Shown here one piece after another: positions 56,486-64,000 of a stretch of DNA of 64,000 bases. The position numbers and the translations under genes were made by a program. Each line of letters starts with the position of its first letter. Positions within the stretch are counted from its first letter, which is position 1. Origin of the DNA: Trypanosoma brucei. Its lineage: Eukaryota. Where the stretch lies: NCBI GenBank assembly GCA_000002445.1, contig CH464491.1, positions 2,080,001 through 2,144,000 of the forward strand, read 5' to 3'. Under the pieces are notes generated by a model that worked only from the letters and a program-made list of their open reading frames with translations, was not told the DNA's origin and made no database searches.

Positions 56486-58171
56486 TTATAATAGGGAAAA
56501 GCAAGAAACGAAGAGTAGCATATTCCACATTAAATAACATGAATATGCTGACCATGATGACGCGCCCTTTCCTTGTCCCTTTTGTGCCGAAGTGGTTTGC
56601 TTTACCACCTTTGAAGCACACAACTCAGACTTTTTAGGACACTGAATAGAACCGCTGGAGAATGTCACATTAGATGTCACATTTCTTCCCTCAGGGCAAT
56701 TATGCCATTGGTCGTCACCAACAAAACGCACCTGAAGAATATCTGGCTTACAATTCACTTCAACACAAATATCAGCCATTGCAACTATAACGTTTTTCAG
56801 CTTTAGACCCGTAGCTTTGACACACCGCGAGTTAGGTCCAATACGACTTCCCCACATTGTCTTCGGATCTCCATTAGTGCAGCCGGTATTCGAGAAGACA
56901 CGTATGTAAGGGCAGTAATCAAGCAGTTCACCGGGACCACCCCTGTTGCTCTGAGAAAAGTACTGGTAATGCGTAGGTAGTGAGGACTTATAAGTAGAAA
57001 TTGCACACGACCCCAGCCCAGTACGGTCAGATGTACAAATATTCTCACCTTGCTTTGTTTCCGACGTACAAAACACATCAGGAAAGTTGCTCTTTCCATC
57101 CTCTACACACCTCTTTTCCAGAAAATCACAGCCTCGTCCTTTACCAAAATGCATATCCTCTTCAGTTCCCCATTTGGCTTTGTAAAAACCCATATCCTCA
57201 AATAATGCCATAGTTAGCACACTATAACGGCCTCCATCGCTGCTTTTCAAACCAGCCATCATCTCTTCCATTGCGATCCTACGCTCCCAATGTGATTTTA
57301 CAGTTCCCTCACCACCTTCATCCTCCAGCTCCATACCTGTCAACGTATCACAACCATAAAATAGTCGCGCTTTCTTCACCACAGTTTGTGACTTTACAAC
57401 CCATACACCATTCTTACCACGGATCTCATTCCTCTTTTCCACAAGCTTCAGCTCCTCCATGATATCAAAACCAAATCCAAGAGCATGAGCAATTTCATGT
57501 GCCGTCACACGCATACTACTATCATGAGAAGTCAGCACTTCAGGTCCAATATTGAAAACACCAACAACAGGGCGCTTTCCCTTGAGCCTCGAACACGGAC
57601 CTGCCCATGCTGCAGGTGAACCCATTGGACCAGCGGCACCATATAACACCATATCAGCACCGGAAACACCTGTAGTGTAGTGATCCTGAGGAATATTGAA
57701 ATTATTGCAAAACGACTGCAGTTTAGGAACCTTAATTGGGCCCTGAACTGGTTGTACCATGAGGCGATCAGTGTGCATCTTCAGTGCATCCGGTATAACA
57801 ACAGACAGAAGAGATTTCTTTTCCTTTGTCAGCAAGGAATCAGTATTACACTGATAATTGGTACCCCTAAAGTTAGAGCGAGTTTCACCCACACTTCCAC
57901 AATATTTACTCCGATCCTCAATATCCGATTTAAAAACCTTAAATCGAATGGGTTGCCATCCTGCCGTTGAACTCGTAACAATCGCATGCACCAGATCTCC
58001 TTTAGGTACTGGAGGCTCACCCACCACTGGAAGGTCCCGCATACTCATGTTTTTCATCAACTTGCCGAAGTCACACCGATGCGGTGGGATATTGCCTTCA
58101 GTCACATCACCACATAATATCAAACCCAATAAAAAGGGAATGATATAACGAGGGAACATAATCACTGTCAT
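56486..58171 (-). CDS. GP63: GP63 / major surface protease, array copy B (no acidic linker before the GPI-signal tail)
   Basis: First ATG at 58169-58171 (MTVIMFPRYIIPFLLGL). HEIAHALGFGF. 561 aa. Ends KGQGKGASSWSAYSCYLMWNMLLFVSCFSLL. Confidence 0.9.
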   Translation of the reverse strand: MTVIMFPRYIIPFLLGLILCGDVTEGNIPPHRCDFGKLMKNMSMRDLPVVGEPPVPKGDLVHAIVTSSTAGWQPIRFKVFKSDIEDRSKYCGSVGETRSNFRGTNYQCNTDSLLTKEKKSLLSVVIPDALKMHTDRLMVQPVQGPIKVPKLQSFCNNFNIPQDHYTTGVSGADMVLYGAAGPMGSPAAWAGPCSRLKGKRPVVGVFNIGPEVLTSHDSSMRVTAHEIAHALGFGFDIMEELKLVEKRNEIRGKNGVWVVKSQTVVKKARLFYGCDTLTGMELEDEGGEGTVKSHWERRIAMEEMMAGLKSSDGGRYSVLTMALFEDMGFYKAKWGTEEDMHFGKGRGCDFLEKRCVEDGKSNFPDVFCTSETKQGENICTSDRTGLGSCAISTYKSSLPTHYQYFSQSNRGGPGELLDYCPYIRVFSNTGCTNGDPKTMWGSRIGPNSRCVKATGLKLKNVIVAMADICVEVNCKPDILQVRFVGDDQWHNCPEGRNVTSNVTFSSGSIQCPKKSELCASKVVKQTTSAQKGQGKGASSWSAYSCYLMWNMLLFVSCFSLL

Positions 58172-59218
58172 ATATACACACTGAAGCGTATCAATAGGTA
58201 TTTGCAAATCCTTAACTTATAGGACAGAAACTACATACATAGAATAAGAAAAGGAAATAGAAATAGGAATGCAAAGCCATAGGAAACATATATATATATA
58301 TATATATAATAACAACAATATATTATTTGATTACTATCATTACGTTAGGTAAAAGATTTATGCACACCATGCTCAAGTAAAAGAGAGTTAGGACAATAAA
58401 ACAAAAAAAGTGGATCATGAGGGTCCAATGGGAGCAGCGCATCACACACGTGGGAATGATTTCGCCTTATAACAAGAAACAAATGAAAGGTACATGCACA
58501 TTATATGAAAGAAACCAGTGAGAATACAGCACATGAAGGAATTACATACATGAAAAGAAAAGCAAAAACAAAGTAGAAAGAGATAGCAAACAAGGAGATG
58601 TTCTTCAGATATAGATATTACACTGCACCAACGAAGAAAAAGAAAGAAGGCAAAAAAATAAAACAGAAGAATTGAACAAAGAAGAGAATATTGATTGGTA
58701 AAGATTATGATATGAAAGGTTAAGCTGCTCTATCTATATCAAGCAGACAACCATTTGATATTCCACACACATAAATTATAGTAACGTGCGCAACCGAAAC
58801 GGAAAGAGACAGAAAAACAATGTTGCTGTATAACAATACCGTCACCACAAGGCAAAGCAGTAACAGAAATACATTTTTCCAGCTATTCTTTCTCTTGTTT
58901 CAGTATCCCCGAACAATTTCCAATTTAAGAGCAAGAAAACAAACATCCAATATATTTATTTATATATATGTTATCACTTTACACTCCAACAGCAACAAGT
59001 GTCGTGTGATGTTGTCGTAAAAGAGATATGATGTGATAAACGACACTGGCTCCCCATTCATAAAACAGCATGTTTGTACACCATGTGAAAGAAGGAAAGA
59101 TTGCTTAGTAATTCAAGTGTTAATAAAGCACATCAAAACTCTCAACAAATGCCTGTGAAATTCAGTTAAGAAAGGTATCATAAAGTAATTGCACTAACAG
59201 CGCCGTATATGCATCATA

Positions 59219-61081
59219 TTATAATAGGGAAAAGCAAGAAACGAAGAGTAGCATATTCCACATTAAATAACTTGAATATGCTGACCATGATGATGTACCC
59301 GTCAACTGTCGCGTCATTGGGGAGGACCCCTCGGAATCCTCATGGGAAGACTCTTCAGAATATTCTTCGGAAAAATCTTCAGAAGCCCCCGTAGAAGACG
59401 TCGGAGATGCCCCTTCATAAGTTTCTGCGAAAGGCGCTGCGAAAGGTCCTGTTGAAGGCCCTGGAGAGGTAACTGGGAAGGCAACTGCGGAGGGGACTGT
59501 GATCCGCCTCAGAATCTTCGAGGCACACAACTCAGACTTTTCAGGACACTGAATAGAACCGCTGGAGAATGTCACATTAGATGTCACATTTCTTCCCTCA
59601 GGGCAATCATACCAACGGTTATCACCAACAAAACGCACCTGAAGAATATCTGACTCACAATTCACTTCAACACATATATCTGCAAGAGGAACACCTTTTT
59701 TTTTTTGAAGTCTAAGCCGAGTTCCTTTGACACACCGTGAGTTAGGTCCAACACGACTTCCCAGCATTACGTTCGGATTTCCATCAGTGCAACCGGTATT
59801 CGAAAAGAGGCGTATGTAAGGGCAGTAATCAAGCAGTTCAGCGGGACCACCTTTCTTTTCGTCAGCAAAATATCGATATTGCTCAGGTATTGGAGACTCA
59901 TGTGTCTGAATGGCACATGACCCCAACCCACCACGATCAGATGTACAAAAGATCTCAGTGTCCCTGGCCTTTGACGTACAAAACACATCAGGAAAGTTGC
60001 TCCTTCCATTCTCTACACACCTCTTTTCCAGAAAATCGCAGCCTCGTCCTTTACCAAAATGCATATCTTCTTCATTTCCCCATTTGGCTCTATAAAAACC
60101 CATATCCTCAAATAATGCCATAGTTAGCACACTATAACGGCCTCCATCGCTGCTTTTCAAACCAGTCATCATCTCTTCCATTGCAATCCTACGCTCCCAA
60201 TGTGAGTTTTTCGTACCGTCACCACCTTCGTCCTCCAGCTCCACACCCTTAATTTCATTACAACCATAAAATTCCTGCGCCTTCTTTACCACAGTTGGTG
60301 ATGTCACAACCCATACATCATTCTTACCACGGATGCCAGATTTCTTTTCCACAAGCTTCAGTTCCTCCATGATATCAAAACCAAATCCAAGAGCATGAGC
60401 AATTTCATGTGCCGTCACACGCATACTACTATCATGAGAGGTCAGCACTTCAGGTCCAATATTGAAAACACCAACAGTAGGGCGTTGACCACTTACCCTC
60501 GAACACGGACCTGCCCATGCTGCAGGTGAACCCATTGGACCAGCGGCACCATATAACACCATATCAGCACCGGAGACACCTGTAGTGTAGTGGTCTCTGG
60601 GAATGCTGAAGTTATTGCAAAATGTTTGTTTTTCATAAACCTTAATTGGGTCGTGAACTGGTTGTACCATGAGACGATCAGTGTGCATCTTCAATGCATC
60701 CGGTATAACAACAGCCAGAAGAGCTTTCTTTTCCTTTGTCAGCACAGAAGCAGTTGTACACTCGTAGTATGCGTCCCTGAAGTTAGAGCGAACTTGGCCT
60801 TCCTTTTCGCAATATTTGTTCCGGTTTTTAATGTCAAAGTCAAACACCTGAACTCGGATGGGATGCCATCCTGCCGTTGAACTCGTAGCAATCGCATGCA
60901 CCAGATCTCCTTTAGGTACTGGAGGTTCATCCACCACTGGAGGTTCCCGCACACTCATGTTTTTCATCAACTTACCGAAGTCACACCGATGCGGTGGGAT
61001 ATTGCCTTCACTCACATCACCACATAATATCAAACCCAATAAAAAGGGAATGATATAACGAGGGAACATAATCACTGCCAT
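59219..61081 (-). CDS. GP63: GP63 / major surface protease, array copy C (distinct S/E/D-rich C-terminal linker)
   Basis: First ATG at 61079-61081 (MAVIMFPRYIIPFLLGL). HEIAHALGFGF. 620 aa. Linker ...SEDFSEEYSEESSHEDSEGSS... before the hydrophobic tail. Confidence 0.9.
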   Translation of the reverse strand: MAVIMFPRYIIPFLLGLILCGDVSEGNIPPHRCDFGKLMKNMSVREPPVVDEPPVPKGDLVHAIATSSTAGWHPIRVQVFDFDIKNRNKYCEKEGQVRSNFRDAYYECTTASVLTKEKKALLAVVIPDALKMHTDRLMVQPVHDPIKVYEKQTFCNNFSIPRDHYTTGVSGADMVLYGAAGPMGSPAAWAGPCSRVSGQRPTVGVFNIGPEVLTSHDSSMRVTAHEIAHALGFGFDIMEELKLVEKKSGIRGKNDVWVVTSPTVVKKAQEFYGCNEIKGVELEDEGGDGTKNSHWERRIAMEEMMTGLKSSDGGRYSVLTMALFEDMGFYRAKWGNEEDMHFGKGRGCDFLEKRCVENGRSNFPDVFCTSKARDTEIFCTSDRGGLGSCAIQTHESPIPEQYRYFADEKKGGPAELLDYCPYIRLFSNTGCTDGNPNVMLGSRVGPNSRCVKGTRLRLQKKKGVPLADICVEVNCESDILQVRFVGDNRWYDCPEGRNVTSNVTFSSGSIQCPEKSELCASKILRRITVPSAVAFPVTSPGPSTGPFAAPFAETYEGASPTSSTGASEDFSEEYSEESSHEDSEGSSPMTRQLTGTSSWSAYSSYLMWNMLLFVSCFSLL

Positions 61082-62463
61082 ATATACACACTCAAGCGTA
61101 TCAATAGATATTTGCAATTCCTTAACTTACAGGATAGAAACTACATACATAGAATAAGAAAAGAAAATAGGAATAGGAATGCAAAGCCATAGGAAGATAT
61201 GTAAGGTCAGAGTTAGAAATGTAACAACACACAAAATATTAGTGTGTGTGTGTTACTGATAATGCAACCAAAGTTATACTCAAGCATGAAAAAATAGGCA
61301 TAATACTGCACAGTAACCGCATCTCAAAATACAGCACATGCGTGTATATAGGATATATAACCTGCTGTCGCATCAGTACGCAATGGTGTCAATCAAACAA
61401 TGCTATCAGAGGTATCGGAGTGATTGCGGTTGTTGAACATCACGCACAACAGACATAGTTACCACATATTGTAAAAGGGAAGGAATCAACAAGGGGAAGG
61501 GAGAGGAATATGGGAAAAGGAAAGGGAAAGGGAAGGAAATGAATGTTGTCAGGCAGGGATAACTGTTAGCAGTTTTTACTCGTCAATGTTAAATCAGAAG
61601 AGGTGTCAGGAAAACGTGTCTTCTCATTATAAGGTATAAGATTGCATTATGCGAACACTTCCATAGAGACCTCTCTGTAACTCATGGTTGGGACTCGATA
61701 ATCCAAAAATAACAACAAACACAAATGTATCGCTATAAGTTAACTCTCTCTTAAAGGATATATTTATATATTATTACTAATTTTAGTATACCATACAGTA
61801 TGATAACTAAATAAAACATAACGAGAAGTGAATCAACCCTCCTTTACATCGAAACACCTTACGAAACAAGTATCTCGTTAGAAAACCGTAACGTGTCCGC
61901 AGCATGCTAAACGTCGCAGCAACTGTATTTGATATCATGCGAGAAACTGGAAATATGTTGTAAAAGAGAAAGAAAGGGAGAGAAAGCATGAAGAGTGAGG
62001 ACGGGACAGAAGAACTGAGAATGGTTGTCGAGCAGTAGTGACAGAGTTAGAACGCAGGGTCCTTTTGTGGTGAACTGCTCCTGTGTTCAGGAACCCAACT
62101 GCAGAGCACGCAGGTAACCCCTATTTTAGACACCGTGCGTCACATACATTATTAATCGGTCTTGTGGTGGAAAAGTAATGCCTGACTGGCGTTAGCGAAT
62201 ACGAGGGTTTCGGCTGCGTATATCGGCACTGACACGTCACAACGTGCTGATAGTGCTTCACCTTTTATCATGGCGGGTTACTTAACTTTAAAGCAGGGAT
62301 GTAGTACGGTCACCTCCCCATTGTGTAAACCTAAACCTCCTTACTCCCATTGTGGCTATGTAGTTTGCAAACAGACTTGTTGATTTTCCATTTCTTCTTC
62401 TTAGCCTTTTGACGTGGTGCTGTCAACTGGTTGAGCAGATTCGATGTAATTCACGCCCTCGTC

Positions 62464-64000
62464 CTACCAAGGTATTTCCCTAAAATCCTTGAAGAACTTT
62501 CCATATACTTTGCGATCACTATAAATGAGATCTAAGCACCGAGCAGCGGCATCGACCTCGTCCAAAGGACACAGCTGATGCTGGTCTGCGCGTCGCTCCT
62601 TTTTGGCCTTTGGTGATTCATCTGTAATCCAACCCGTGTCTACGGAGTTCATATAAATTCCATCTTGAGCATAATCCTCACCACTAGTTCTCGTCATCAT
62701 ATTGAGAGCCGCCTTTGCCATGTTTGTGTGAGGATGTGTCACCTGCTTGAACCGGTAGAACTGTCCTTCCATAGCGGAAACGTTGATGATGAAGCGTGCC
62801 TCATCCGTCACCGGATCACCAGTACGGTTTAGGAGTGCGGGTTTAAGCTTACTGTTGATGATAAAGGGTGAGAGAGCATTTATGGCCATAACCTCTGCTG
62901 CTTCGCTGCCTTGCACCTCTGCCAGTTTCATAACCCACGAGTTCGTCACGCGGTGGTCGCTCTCCTCAGCAGCCGTGTCGTAACGATCAAAAACAGAAGA
63001 TTTTGAGGAACCCACAACAAGAGGTGATCTCGCGATAGCAACCAGAACACCGCTGTGACCAGTTGCGTTGGTGTTATAGTAGGCCGTAGCGTCACCTGTG
63101 GTAATCCTCTCGTCCAGAAAAGGTTGCCGCTGAGGGTGATGTTCAATATGCAGCGGCTCTCCAATCGTTACCGACGAGTGACTAAGAAAATACTGGTGCC
63201 ACTCCCTGGATGCCGCGTCGTCGTATAGTGTCTTGTGCAGGTCTAGAGGGGGATGCGATTCCACATGCCGTAAATGCTTCGTGTACTCCCTCGTTCGCGC
63301 GATTGTCTGCGCAGCGTTGTTGATTATCGCAAATAACTTCCCAAACTTCTGCATTACAAAGGCACAGAACTGAGTGACCAGCCACATGTCACGCAGGTCC
63401 AGCGAAAAGAGATGAAGCCGGTGCGCCCACACACAGTAGTCCGCCTCTCTTTGAAACCGTGCCACTGCCTCATGAGCAAAGCGAGTGGTGCCTATTAATT
63501 CCGCACCACACCTCAGAAGGGAAAGTGCCATGGCAAAGCCGATTTTAATGCGGCAACCCGTAAGCAGCACAACCTTTCCCCGCAAATCCCGAGTCATCAA
63601 ACGCTTGTTGAAGTTATACTCACCACACAAGTGGCACATACTGTAATAATACGGGTGCAACTTATCATACCGCACACGACAGGTGTGGCATGCAATGGTT
63701 CGACTAAGCTGCAGTGCTTCATCACAAGGTATAGGACGACCGGCCGCATACTGTTGTATATCTTGGAAGACAGAAAAACTGTCGGGTTCCTCATCATCCG
63801 ACACCGGTGGCCGTGTTGGAAAATCGGAAGGTGACTCCCCCAATTCACGGTAACGTCGCTTACTGTACAACCTACGAGCTATAAATAAGTTGAGGGACGC
63901 ATCAACTGACCACTGAACACCGCTTCCATTTCCACCTGCCTTTGCGTCAGGGCTGGTGAGCGTGCCAACACTGTCGTTGGTCACGAACAGATCAATTGGT
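62464..64000 (-). CDS. zinc-finger plus short-chain dehydrogenase/reductase (SDR)-like protein, 5'-partial (ORF runs off the window end)
   Basis: Stop at 62464. The track 'M' at 63984 is a GTG and the frame stays open to 64000. Rossmann-like VVLLTGCRIKIGFAMAL (TGxxxGxG). SDR C-terminal blocks NMAKAALNMMTR and IYMNSVDTGWI. The canonical catalytic Tyr of YxxxK appears substituted (HTNMAK). N-terminal Cys/His cluster CDEALQLSRTIACHTCRV...CHLCGEYNF. Confidence 0.6.
   Translation of the reverse strand, partial: PIDLFVTNDSVGTLTSPDAKAGGNGSGVQWSVDASLNLFIARRLYSKRRYRELGESPSDFPTRPPVSDDEEPDSFSVFQDIQQYAAGRPIPCDEALQLSRTIACHTCRVRYDKLHPYYYSMCHLCGEYNFNKRLMTRDLRGKVVLLTGCRIKIGFAMALSLLRCGAELIGTTRFAHEAVARFQREADYCVWAHRLHLFSLDLRDMWLVTQFCAFVMQKFGKLFAIINNAAQTIARTREYTKHLRHVESHPPLDLHKTLYDDAASREWHQYFLSHSSVTIGEPLHIEHHPQRQPFLDERITTGDATAYYNTNATGHSGVLVAIARSPLVVGSSKSSVFDRYDTAAEESDHRVTNSWVMKLAEVQGSEAAEVMAINALSPFIINSKLKPALLNRTGDPVTDEARFIINVSAMEGQFYRFKQVTHPHTNMAKAALNMMTRTSGEDYAQDGIYMNSVDTGWITDESPKAKKERRADQHQLCPLDEVDAAARCLDLIYSDRKVYGKFFKDFREIPW

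Larger units (their letters stand above)
50577..61810. repeat. GP63 tandem gene array: relic + copy A + [Tctex1] + copy B + copy C, sharing a ~950-bp conserved 3' flank and short 5' leader
   Basis: Repeated blocks: the 3' flank (ataacaacaatatattatttgattactatcatt ... gtagcatattccacat) occurs at 51530-52440, 55590-56485 and 58300-59218. The 5' leader (tatatacacac[tc][cg]aagcgtatcaatag[ag]tatttgcaa) precedes every copy. An extra ~700-bp upstream block is shared by copies A and C (54300-54990 and 61100-61810). Confidence 0.9.

Noticed and set aside
1-64000. ORF-track start coordinates taken at face value
   Set aside because: The track translates GTG/TTG/CTG starts as M (e.g. 3-5 GTG, 8471-8473 TTG, 19789-19791 TTG, 31422-31424 GTG, 54305-54307 TTG). 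Kinetoplastid nuclear genes use ATG, so starts were moved to the first in-frame ATG consistent with homology where I could verify it by reverse-complementing the sequence.

Overview
Main conclusion: this is eukaryotic nuclear DNA from a kinetoplastid (Trypanosoma brucei-like), not a prokaryotic locus, so there are no operons, CRISPR arrays or defence islands to find. Organism evidence: the BiP/GRP78 protein ends in MDDL; GP63/major-surface-protease genes carry HEIAHALGF; genes are intronless and densely packed in unidirectional clusters with purine/pyrimidine strand asymmetry between them; (TA)n microsatellites are frequent. Layout: three plus-strand genes lie at 1-5.7 kb (a partial helical-repeat protein, cystathionine beta-synthase and a SUMO-E1 Aos1-like subunit). 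A gene-free convergent strand-switch region of about 0.9 kb follows at 5.68-6.56 kb. From 6.56 kb to the window end every gene is on the minus strand, more than 57 kb and at least 25 genes. In order these are: NADPH-cytochrome P450 reductase, two hypotheticals, BiP copy 1, a Gly-rich hypothetical, an AN1-type zinc finger, V-ATPase proteolipid c'', two tandem DUF423/TMEM256 genes, BiP copy 2, a hypothetical, an acyl-CoA synthetase, ETF-alpha, a 4-TM protein, CFAP52/WDR16, an ATP-grasp protein, a hypothetical, a 974-aa protein with a C-terminal AT-hook-like tail, a hypothetical, a GP63 tandem array (one truncated pseudogene plus three intact copies, with a Tctex1 dynein light chain gene embedded), and a 5'-partial zinc-finger/SDR-like gene. 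Structural highlights: the two BiP blocks are nucleotide-identical, 2.3 kb each, 8290 bp apart, with five other genes between them. There is a 1.18-kb tandem DUF423 duplication. The GP63 array is about 11 kb, with a degenerate edge copy, variable C-terminal low-complexity linkers and an extra upstream block whose homology stops at the Tctex1 stop codon. Caveat on the ORF track: it labels GTG/TTG/CTG codons as M, so where I could verify by reverse-complementing I moved starts to the first real ATG. All product calls come from motifs and memory of the protein families; no database search was run.
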